A stretch of 64,000 bases of DNA. Origin: Monocercomonoides exilis PA203 (lineage: Eukaryota > Protista > Preaxostyla). Of this stretch, positions 1 through 10,900 are shown one piece after another. The position numbers and the translations under genes are program-made. The notes under the pieces were generated by a model. It had not been told where the DNA came from. It ran no database searches and saw only the letters and a program-made list of their open reading frames with translations. Within the stretch, counting starts at the first letter, position 1. Every line of letters begins with the position of its first letter. The DNA is taken from the NCBI GenBank assembly GCA_001643675.2, contig LSRY02000003.1:372001-436000 (forward strand). The letters run 5' to 3'.

Positions 1-145
<145 letters not shown>

Positions 146-242
146 TAACTTCTGTGATAAATCAATATTTCTTCTAAATTTTTAAATGGAAAAAGGGTAA
201 ACAAACATCTTTAAAACATTCTTTATTAACTTTTATTATATA

Positions 243-3200
243 ATGGGTACTTCTCTGAAATTCGAATTCAATTTGAATCGTGACAACGTTACAACATCTT
301 TTCAGAGTAATTTGATATTTTGGAAAATAATGTTGCAAAGTAATTTTTCATCGTGGGACTTGTCAATTTCGTCTTGTTCAGGCATCCCAATTGATTCTTT
401 TCATCTGACTTGTTACTGTCAAGATGCGAAAAGAATGGTTAATACAGAAGAGATGTCACAGCAAAAATATTGTGTATCGCCATTTTTGCTTCATTTTGGA
501 TCTATAAGTTCTGTTTCATCCGTTTTTCAATCGATTTTAATCTCAAACCAATCACAAAATTCCCCAATTTGTGTGAGTGTAAAATTTGAAAAACAACAAA
601 TCAAATCAGTTGAAAGTGAATTTTATCCTTTACTAAATTTATCGAGTCCTCATTTAATTCTTCACGAGAAAGATGTGCAAATCAATAAAAAAGAACAAAT
701 ACAAGAAAGCGAAATGATAAGTTGCTTTCATCATATTACAAATGATATTGTTACACAATATTTTAGGCAAATGGATGAAAATATATTGGATTCTCCAAAT
801 GAGGAACGAAAGGCTTTGCAAAATGAATCACATATGGAAGAAGAGACATTTCGAGATTCAATTTCTTCGCTTTCTACACAATTTTCAAAGCTTCTTGATG
901 AATCTTCGTTTTGTTTTTCTTTTGGAAACGAACATGAAACCGATAAAAGTTATTCAGGTTATCAAAAATCAGGGTTAATTGTCATCAAACCATCTTCAAC
1001 CTTAAATTTGGACATATATTTTGAGCCAAACATCGATCTTCCGCTGTCACAAGAAGGAGCGCCATATCTTATAACTTCTCTTTTATCTATATCTGTTTTC
1101 ACGCCTTTTGGAAATGATGAGGAAAGAGAACTTAGCAAATCTGACAAGTCTCATTTAATGGATTCGTACTATTCGCCTGTTCTTTTTCATCTGCTTCCGC
1201 TGAGTGGATTTGTTTCTCGATCTATTTTACGACTTCCCCTTTGTTTGAAGCATCTTTTACACATTGGCAAAACCGGATTCTATGCATCAAAATATGCCAA
1301 AAGTACAGAAAAAGCAACAATTCCTGAAAATATTGAAGAAAATGGTGAAGCAACAGACGAAGTTGGAGTGTTTGTTGGAGTTGAACAAATAATTCCGTTG
1401 CTCAATACCTCCACTTCAAAACGCATTTCTTCAAAAATTGAATGTACATCTTCGATTTCTTCTTTAACTCTCAAAGATTCCGAAAGAAATGGAAGTGAAA
1501 AGATTTGCATTCCTTCTCTAAGTTTTTCTGATAATTCAAAAAACAAATCGCTCTCTTTACAAGCTCAAACAAATCTCTTTAATCAGACTTGCGCGATTAT
1601 TCCTTCTGCACTTTCTGAATTATGTGTCCAATCACCTTCGTTTCTCCGCCATCTTCGAGAGAATAGCTCAATCATCAGCACAAGTGAATCTCTCCTCGAG
1701 CTTGAGCCAGGCAACTCAACAAATATCCATCTCCAATTCATTCCTCCTTCACCATCGAAGATTCATTCTATTATCGATCCGCTTGCTGACGCTGTTTGCG
1801 CAAAGAAAGAGATTGGCTCGCCACCTATTGTATCTTCACTGATGGGGAATGCATCACAAAAACTGATCCAGAAAATGAGGCATGGCACAGGCTTATTGCC
1901 GAATGATGTTTGTATCACAATAAAAGGACAGCTGACTCTGAAACCGCTTGATGAATATGAAACCGATTATGAAGAAAAGCCAATGGAAGAGAAAAGAGGG
2001 TTGCAAAATTATTTTGGAGAAAGTCATTCATTCAAAGAGAGAAGTTGCAACAATGTTGAAAATTGCTTCTGCGATACCTTCGCCTTTTCAGTGACATTCG
2101 ATCCGACTGAAGTTGTTGAGCTGAGCAGCAGCGACGAAGACGATGATATCAACCAATTTGGAATGAGCAACGCCAAAAAACCAGAAGACACAGAATTTAT
2201 TGAAGAAACTGAAAAAGAGAGAGAGATCGAAGAAGAAGCAGAAGACGAAAAAGGCGACCGAGGAAATTTTATTCAGAACGCTGAACTGGAAGCTGATTGC
2301 GAGGAGCCAGCATTTCAATTTTTAGGTGAACAGGCACAAAGAAATGAAGGTACTAGCGCTGAGCGACTTGAAGAGTTAGAAAAGAAGATTGAACAAATTG
2401 CAAATCGGAAGGAATCAGAAATGAAGCAGGAAAAACAAATTGTCTCTGATGCGTTGGATAACATCCATTCGATTTTATCGGAGTTGCTTTCTTTGACTTC
2501 GAGCGCAAACGAAAAGAAGAGAAAAGAAAAGAACAATAAAACCCCTTTCATTCACGAGTCAAATGAAAAAAACGAATCTGAAATTCCAAAAAATGTTGAG
2601 GAAGAACAGAGCAAAGCAAACAACTTTACAGAAACTGAACCAGAAATTGAAATGCAAACATTCAAAAATTCTTCATTTAATCCCACACATTCCTCTGAAG
2701 AGATGTCAATGCCGATGCCAATATCAATGTCAATTTCAAAGGATCAGAATAAATCGACTAAAAATTCTGATCAGTCACAAGACAAACCTCATTCTTCCTC
2801 AAATCCTCCAACATTTTCATCCTCGTCTGTTTTCATTCCTTTGAGCCGCGTTCCAAGCATTTCATCGCCGCACCACACTCCTGTTCGCCCGGCTTCTTTT
2901 CCATCGTGCGCTCAAATAATACAATCAGCAGAACAAAACAAATCAAATTCTTCAAAAGAAAGAAATAAAATAGACGATTGTTTAATTAGAGATGAACAAA
3001 GCAATGCTTATGAAGCTTCATTTCCTCAACCAGGTTCAATGAGTAATTCTTCATTTCACAAAGAGTCAGAATCATCTTCTCATCTTCCAGAAGCTTATGG
3101 GAAGCCAAAATTTGATAACACAACACCTCAGCCTCTTTCTTCAGTATTTTCATCGCCTGAAAGTGATGATTCCACCAGACAATTGCCTTCTCCTTCAACA

Positions 3201-4427
3201 AGTGCTGGAAAGATGCCTTATAATCGTCACGTCTCTTCTTTCCAATCCGAAAAATATTTCCCATCTGATCCTACACTTCGTTCTTCTGTACCTCAGTTTT
3301 CTCCACCTTCTACGAATGAGCAACGCATCACTTCACCTCATTCACCTCATATCTCGCCTAATTCTCAACATGCAAGCAGAAATATTCAGTTAACTTTTTC
3401 AGCGCCTTCGTCTCATTTGCGCCCTTCTTGTAACTCAGCTGACTTCAAGCAAAATGCTTCCTTCACTTCAGTTCCACCTTCATCTCCCCATTTCAAACAC
3501 AGTTTTTCAACCTCTCTACCACGCGCAGCTAAATACTCCTCTTATCCAAAGCCAAAATCTGATGCATTTCAGGAACTGCCAACAGCTACGAGGATGTCTT
3601 CGCCTCCTCGTCAATCAAAAATCTATAAGCCTTCTTTGAGCATTCTTGCCACTCCATCCACGCTGGAAACTGTTCGAAATCATTTGGAAAATTCGTGCTT
3701 ATCATCATATCATACACAAAAATTATCTGCCTCTCCATCATTTGCAAGGGAACCAGCTCCGCTTCCTCCCACTTCATCAATTCCTTCATATCTTCCTAAT
3801 TCATCTTCACCTCGTTATCAGTCGTCATATCAACAAAAGAAAGAAAGCTTCTCATTTAACGATGGACGCATTTCACCACTTCATTCTCCGCCTTCTCAGC
3901 CCTGTTCACCACGTTTAACTCATCAGTTATTACATTCATCAACACCTCATCATTTCCCTATCTGTCGAAAACCTTCTCCTCTTGTCTCTTTCTCATCTCG
4001 CTATTTAACAATTGCACCAACTCAACCAAACACAGTAGCTTATGAGAGCTGCACTGCTGCTTCTTTGGTGAACTTTTCTTTGTCTTATGAAATCAAATGC
4101 AAAGAGACTCGAATCTTGTTGTGCACGGACGAATCTGGGCATAATTATGAACCTGCAAGCTACAGTTTTAAGATAAAAATGAATAAGAATGGTTATGAAG
4201 AAGAAAAAAATAGGAATATCATTCAATTAATGAGCAACGAACGAGGAACGCTCTTTGGAAAAGAAAATGCAATCTTTCGATTCAAGTTTAATCCAACCTT
4301 ATTCGATCAAGGCTGTGCATTTTCAAAAGAATTTTTCGTTTATTTTTGGAATTCGCTTAATCGCAGTGTATGCATGGAAGAGATTATTGTAGTTCGAGCC
4401 GAATGCACAAATAATTACGCAAAGTAG
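243..4427 (+). CDS. 1394-aa hypothetical protein with acidic coiled-coil, long Ser/Pro-rich region and three putative ASH/PapD-like Ig-fold motifs (possible centriole/cilium protein)
   Basis: Uninterrupted ATG..TAG ORF. Motifs LIVIKPSSTLNLDIYFEP, LLELEPGNSTNIHLQFIP and GTLFGKENAIFRFKFNP resemble the L.PG....i.v.F.P pattern of ASH domains. Function is tentative. Confidence 0.7.
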   Translation: MGTSLKFEFNLNRDNVTTSFQSNLIFWKIMLQSNFSSWDLSISSCSGIPIDSFHLTCYCQDAKRMVNTEEMSQQKYCVSPFLLHFGSISSVSSVFQSILISNQSQNSPICVSVKFEKQQIKSVESEFYPLLNLSSPHLILHEKDVQINKKEQIQESEMISCFHHITNDIVTQYFRQMDENILDSPNEERKALQNESHMEEETFRDSISSLSTQFSKLLDESSFCFSFGNEHETDKSYSGYQKSGLIVIKPSSTLNLDIYFEPNIDLPLSQEGAPYLITSLLSISVFTPFGNDEERELSKSDKSHLMDSYYSPVLFHLLPLSGFVSRSILRLPLCLKHLLHIGKTGFYASKYAKSTEKATIPENIEENGEATDEVGVFVGVEQIIPLLNTSTSKRISSKIECTSSISSLTLKDSERNGSEKICIPSLSFSDNSKNKSLSLQAQTNLFNQTCAIIPSALSELCVQSPSFLRHLRENSSIISTSESLLELEPGNSTNIHLQFIPPSPSKIHSIIDPLADAVCAKKEIGSPPIVSSLMGNASQKLIQKMRHGTGLLPNDVCITIKGQLTLKPLDEYETDYEEKPMEEKRGLQNYFGESHSFKERSCNNVENCFCDTFAFSVTFDPTEVVELSSSDEDDDINQFGMSNAKKPEDTEFIEETEKEREIEEEAEDEKGDRGNFIQNAELEADCEEPAFQFLGEQAQRNEGTSAERLEELEKKIEQIANRKESEMKQEKQIVSDALDNIHSILSELLSLTSSANEKKRKEKNNKTPFIHESNEKNESEIPKNVEEEQSKANNFTETEPEIEMQTFKNSSFNPTHSSEEMSMPMPISMSISKDQNKSTKNSDQSQDKPHSSSNPPTFSSSSVFIPLSRVPSISSPHHTPVRPASFPSCAQIIQSAEQNKSNSSKERNKIDDCLIRDEQSNAYEASFPQPGSMSNSSFHKESESSSHLPEAYGKPKFDNTTPQPLSSVFSSPESDDSTRQLPSPSTSAGKMPYNRHVSSFQSEKYFPSDPTLRSSVPQFSPPSTNEQRITSPHSPHISPNSQHASRNIQLTFSAPSSHLRPSCNSADFKQNASFTSVPPSSPHFKHSFSTSLPRAAKYSSYPKPKSDAFQELPTATRMSSPPRQSKIYKPSLSILATPSTLETVRNHLENSCLSSYHTQKLSASPSFAREPAPLPPTSSIPSYLPNSSSPRYQSSYQQKKESFSFNDGRISPLHSPPSQPCSPRLTHQLLHSSTPHHFPICRKPSPLVSFSSRYLTIAPTQPNTVAYESCTAASLVNFSLSYEIKCKETRILLCTDESGHNYEPASYSFKIKMNKNGYEEEKNRNIIQLMSNERGTLFGKENAIFRFKFNPTLFDQGCAFSKEFFVYFWNSLNRSVCMEEIIVVRAECTNNYAK

Positions 4428-4839
4428 TTTTTATGTGCAAATCGTCATTTCATGAATATAAAATATTGAAATAAAATCAATTTATTCAAAAAAGAATATG
4501 AATTTCATTTTCAATTCCAAATATTTATATTTTGTCAGTTATGAGTTGAATGCTATTTTGTTTCAAATTAAATTGAAATTTTTTAAAAAAGATTTAAACC
4601 GACAAAAGATGTTTTTGAATGTTTCAAAGCCCAGTAGCTTTTAACTCAGAGAAAAAAAAGAATCGGCCAAAATATGAATAAATCAAATGACAAAAATAAG
4701 TTGAATATTCTCTTGATCGTGAACAAAAGTTGTAACTAAAAAATAATTGCGCTGTCATTGAATTGTTTAATAAACTAATATATGATTTCACTCATATATA
4801 TTGAATTAATTATTTGTTAAAATCCTAAAAAATATTTTA

Positions 4840-4904
4840 TTGATCGCAGGAATAATTAATATTTTCATTTTTGTTATGTTTGGAAATCGTTTATCTTGTG
4901 AAAT
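4840..4904 (+). promoter_or_regulatory. Conserved 5' leader/core promoter of receptor copy A
   Basis: ttgatcgca...tttatcttgtg is nearly identical to the reverse complement of 50736-50800. Homology stops abruptly upstream of ttgatcgca. Confidence 0.5.
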
Positions 4905-7900
4905 ATGAAAGGAAATTCGATAACAGTATTTTTATTGGCTATAATGTCGTGTTTACATACCAGAGGCAAAGCAGTAGAAAGTGTGCTCCTTATTGGGCTA
5001 GCGGAGAACGTTGGAAATGCAAGATTCAATCACATCTGTGGTGATCAGACAAGCCTCGCCCTCATCAACACCTCCTTGTGTGTGACCCATCTCAACCTCA
5101 TCCCTCTCAGCGGTTGTCCACTCCTCACCGCCCAACAACACTCAGCTGCCTCCATCTGCTCCTCCACTTGCCAAGTCAACCCAGCAGCAAAATCTCCACT
5201 TTTCATCTCTGCCCATGCCTCCCTCGCCCTCACAAACTTCTCCCTCACCACCCATCAACCAGCCATCCTCTCCTTCCCCCTCTTCTCCACCCCAAACAAT
5301 CTCCTCCCAGATACCCACTCCCCAATCCCTGCCTCCTTCTCCATCTCCCACTCCTCCTTCTCCTCTTTCGTCTCCCTCATCCAGCCCTTCCTTTTTTCTC
5401 CTTCTTCCCTCTCTTCCCCTTCCCCTTCTCCATCTCCATCTCTTTCCCCTTCTCCTTCATCTTCCTCATCCTCACCCACATCATCTTCTTTTTCTTCCCC
5501 TTCCTCTTCTCCTTCTCCTCTCCATATTCATCGCCAATCCCATCCCCACCTCCAAATCCACCTCAATCTCCATCTCTCAAACACCATCTTCTCCAACATC
5601 TCATCTCCCCAATCCCTTCTATCACTTCCATCCCTTCCCTCACACTCACTCAATTCATTCATTTCAACCACTTCTTCCTCTTCCTCTTCTTCCTCTTCCA
5701 CCAACACCAACACCAATTTAATCCCCTCCTTCTCCCTTCACTCATCTCTCTCTATCCGCTCAACCATCTTCCTCCACACTCACAACCCCATCGATGGTTC
5801 CATCCTCCCCAACCTCAACGGCCCATCCACTTCTCTCTCCGCCTTCAATGCCTCTTTCCTCCACCAAACTCGTTCTTCACAAAATGCTGCTGTTGTGCAT
5901 GTTGGAAATGAATCTCAAAGAGCGAAACCTGGAAGATTGGATTCGTTTGATGAGAACAGCCATAAATTTGAATGGTGCGAATGGGAAAATACAACTGGAG
6001 GGCGGAATCGAGGAGGAGCGCTTTATGTGGATTGTGCAAATGCAAATCTCACAATCACTTCTTGTTCATTCAACAATTGCTCAAGTAACGGACATGGTGG
6101 AGCATTATGTTGTGATTACTTGTTGAAAATCAGCCTCACAAAATCCAATTTCACAAGCTGTTCTGCGCTTCATGGAGGAGCAGTCACCTCATGGAACCCT
6201 CAATCATCTTCTGCTTGGACATTCTCAGGCAACATAGTTGAAAGTTGTTCAATAACAAATTGGTGCGGAACTGGTTGGTATTTTGCTCTAGGAAATGATT
6301 ATACAAATTTTCAATTACTATTTTCCAAATGCAAGTGCATTTCAAATTCTGGTGGTGATGCTGCTGGTTCTTTAACATTTAATAATCCTCCCAATACTAA
6401 ACCGAGTCAATTTTCAATAAATGATTGTCAATTCATCAATAACAAATTGACTGCCTCTGTCAATTATGGAGGTGCAGCTATTTTCTACTATTCAACTTTT
6501 TCCTGGATGAATGAAATGAAATTCATCACATTTTGTTTCTTCGATGGCAACACTGCCACTAATGGCAGAGGAAACGATGTGTTCTTCAATGGCAGCAGCA
6601 TCACCCAATCTCCATTCGAGAATTGTGGATCAACAACCCTATCGAAAAGAGTATGGAATGCTGGAACAGCTGATAACGCTGTATACAACAGCTGGCTTCC
6701 AATCATCAACCAGAACAAAATCGTTGCAAATGGTGGAAGTGATGTCGATGCTTGTGGCAAAACACAGCAAAGTCCATGTGCCACTGTGGAGTATGCTCTC
6801 GGATGCGTTGCTCCCTTCAGCGATGCCTCCCTCTCTCTTCTCGTCTCCACTTTTACTCCCACAAAGACTCTCACATTCTGTGCCCCAAATACAAAAATCA
6901 CAGGAAATGGCACAACTGCCACCACTATCGCCTCCAGTGGCATTCCTCAACCATCATCATCTTCTTCTTCATTTCCTTCTTCAACATCTTCTTCACCAGA
7001 TCCATCTGCCACTTCTGCCCTCTTCCAACAGACACAGGGCTCCCTCACAGCCTCTGCCCTCGCCATAGCCCACAACTCCACAAACCAAATCACCCCCATC
7101 CTCTTCCACCTCTCCGAAAACTCCCCTTCCCTCAACCTCAACACAACCATCATCACCGGAACAACCTCCAATTCAATCACCACACCCCTCTTCTTCCTCA
7201 CTGCTGGCTCCCTCGCCCTCAATCACACAGCAATCACCCGTCTCGCCCTCAACAGCCAAAGCATCTTCCACCTCACCTCCCTCACCGCTCCCCTCACCCT
7301 CAACTCCTCCAACATCACCGACATCACCTCCACAGCCACCCCCACCAGCTGTGTCCTCTCCTCTGCCACCTCCCCTGCCCTCTCCCTCTCCCTCGCCAAC
7401 TGCACCATGACCAGCATCAACTCAGAACAGTTGAGCCAACAGACTGCCACAGATGGCGGGTGCATCTCATTCGCCTCATCTGCCTCTGACAATACGTTTT
7501 CTGCGAGCAACACCACCTTCTCCACCTGCTCTGTGAGCGAGGATGCAAGCAATGGAGGAAAAGGAGGAGGAATATATCTGGATTGCAGCCTGAATGAAGT
7601 CGGATTTCAACTTTCATCAATATCGTTTTCTGAGTGCAGTGCAACAGTTGGGAAGAACATGTTTGTGAAGAGCAACAATCTGGCGAACACTGTGAATACA
7701 GAGTGTTTTGCATTTGATTGCTCAGATTACGAGGATGATGGAAATGCATTTGTTGGGGAAGATGGGATTTATGGAGAAATGGATCTTCGAGTGTTTCTTG
7801 TATCTTTGAAGTGGGTGGTTGTAACTGTTTCGACTGGTGGTCATGACACATTGGGATGTGGAAGTGAAAAATTCCCATGCCAATCGATGAAGAGTGGAAT

Positions 7901-10900
7901 TGACCACATTGACAGAAGTGGGACAGAAGGAGAAAGGAAAGTGAAAGTGAAAGATGAAGTGACAATCGAAGATATTTATTCTTTCACAGATGCACTTGTG
8001 ATTGATGGAGAAGCCATTAAACACAAGCCAATTCATTTTGAAAAGACGATCAATGGAGATTCTGCATCATCAACAAGTGTTATTTCATCAATTCAGCCAC
8101 TCAGCTTCTTTTATTTGAAATTGCAGATCCCAAATCAATTCACACCAAGTGTGAATTCCTTAATCTCATCGAGTAATAATCTTCAACTCGAAAACTGTTT
8201 ATTTGAGATTCAATCATCAACAGATATTGTTCAATATTCATTGATATCCACAACCACTGGAAGTTGCACACTGAAAGGATGCGGTTTTGCAGATTGTTCA
8301 TTTATCAAATCTCCATTGGTATTAGCTTCTTCTGTTTTGTTTGAAAACAGCAACTTTTCATACATTGTGAATACTGGACGCAGTGGAGAAGGAGGTCTTG
8401 CAAGAGTGATATTGCAAGGGAATGAAGAATTGGTGATCAAATCAACAAATGTTTCATTTTGCTCACTTTCAGCAGGGAATGGAAAAGGAGGATTCTTGCA
8501 TCTGGATTGTGAAAATTGTTTGAATGAAAAACCATTTCTTTTGGAAACAGCTTCATTTAATAACAACAATGCAGACATTGGAAAGAACTTGTTCATTTTG
8601 GGAAAGGATTTAAATACTTCTGTGACGAATGAGTCATTCAAGTTCGATTATTCATCAATGATAGATGATGACAATTTGTTTGTAGGAAGTGATAACTTTC
8701 ACTCAAACAAAGATTTGTTCATGTTCCTCGTTCCATACAGCTCCATTGAGATATTTATCTCATCAGAAGGATTTGATGTTGCAAGATGCGGAAGTGAGAA
8801 AGAACCATGTTTCACAATGTGGAAAGGGATGGAAAACATGGAAAAGGAGATTGGAAATAAAACAATTCAAATATCAGGATCAACAATTATTCAAGATTCA
8901 TACAATGTGTCCAATTATCAGATTAAAAAAAGTGTAAAGATGGGAGAAGAAGAGGTGAAAGCCAAATTGAATTTTGAAAATGCAATTGGAGATCAACTGG
9001 AATATTTCATGGTGAATGATGATCATCTTGAATTGACAAATATTCAACTCCAACTGAAATCTGGATTTGACAATTCATCCAAAACAATTATTTCAAACAG
9101 GGGTGGAAATTTGGTGATAAGTGAATGTTCCTTCCATTCAGAAGCAGGAATGAACAATGGATTTGATTGTGTATTTGTGAATGTGATTGGAGGGAATATG
9201 GAAGTGAATGATTTGTCGATTAAGTCATGCAATGTTGGAAACAGTATTTTTGTCGTTCATGATTCTGGAATCATTTGTCATTTGACGAATGTTCGAGTAG
9301 AATCGTTGAATGAAAGCGGAGGATGTCTTCTTCTGATCAAAGGAACTGAATCACTGAAAAAGATAAATGAAGGAGGAGAGGAAATGAATCTCAACATTGA
9401 TAATTCATCATTTTCAGGAGTGAAGAGAAGTGGCAATGGACCAAGCATTCTGCGATCAAAGAGTGACAAAAAGATCGATTTGGTTGTAAAGGAGAGCAAC
9501 ATCACAGAAGACAAAGCAGAAAAAAGTGAAAAAGGAGGAGCAATATACTTCACATTGGGATCGTCTGGATCGATGAAGATGATTGACTCAAAAATCACTA
9601 ATTGCAATTGCAGTATTAGTTCAGGGAAAGGAGGAGGAGTATATTTGACAACAGATGAAAGAGGAGAATTGAATTTTTCATTTGCGGGTATGAAGTTCAG
9701 TGACAACGGTGCAAGTGTTGGAAAAGATGTTTTCATTGATTGCTTTAACATATCTTCGCAGATCAATGAAACCCAATTTCAATTTGATCTTCGAGAAGGT
9801 CATTATTCACGAATTAATGCCATCTATGGAATTGATAGCTGTGATTATCCAATCGATACAGATCTGATTGAATTTGTGACGATTCATCAGAGTGATACGA
9901 TCATTGTGAGCAGTGTGAATGGATCGGATGAGAGGCAATGTGGAACAAATGCTCTTCCTTGTGATTCAATTAATCATGGACTAATGCATCTGACTTCGGA
10001 ATTTGTGAGTCTGTTGCACGTTGACACCAAGAGCGCAATTGAGGAAGAGATTAATCTGAAGGAAATGAGTTTGAGTTCAAAGAGCAGAGAAACGTGTGAA
10101 GTTGAAGTGAAATCAAAGATAACAAGTGAAAAGAATTCTTTGATTTCAACAACAGGAACAGTTTCATTGGTGAGAGTGAATTTTGTATTTGATCCAAATT
10201 TTGCTTCTTCGCATAAATCACTGATATCACCAGAAGGAGGGATTCTTGAAATTGTGAATTGTTCATTCACCACAAAACAATCCAATGAAGAAGAAAATGA
10301 AGCTTTTGCAAATATTCAATTCCACATAATAAAAATGGAAAAAGGAGAATTACAACTTGATGGATGCACAATATCAAATCTCATTCTTCAAGAATCTGCT
10401 TTGCATCTTTCATCACCACTTCCATCAGTGATTTATTTATTTACAATTTACAATTCAGCAATTTCAAAATCTCTGATTGATATAAACGAATGTGGACAGT
10501 TGAATATGGACAGATTAAATACAGAAAATATCACAGTTGAAGGAAATGAAGAATCACTGATATCTTGCTTGTCAATGAAAAAGACGATGCAATTTGCAAA
10601 TTGCACAATTGGCGGAGTCAGTTCAAAGGCCAAAAAAGGAAAATTGATGAAATTGGAGAATTGTTTGGATGTGAAAATGGATAGTTGCTATTTTGATGGG
10701 AGTTCAAAGGAAAGAAATGAAATGAATTCAAATACAGAAGAAGAGATGTGCAGATGGGATGGATCTGTTGTGGATGTTGTGAAGAGTTCTGTGATAGTGA
10801 AAGACACAACAAACTCGAATTCACCAGATGGTGGAATAACGATGAGAGGTGGAAATGTGAATATTGAGAAAGGAGAGTTCATTAACAATAATCCCTCAAT

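Noticed and set aside
5880-6700. Diversity-generating retroelement explaining head variability
   Set aside because: There is no reverse transcriptase in the window, and differences among the copies are not confined to adenines.
5045-7552. Numerous overlapping alternative-frame and antisense ORFs in the receptor genes (also 48032-50687)
   Set aside because: G-poor, C-rich tracts lack stop codons in several frames. The products are low-complexity shadows of the main ORF.
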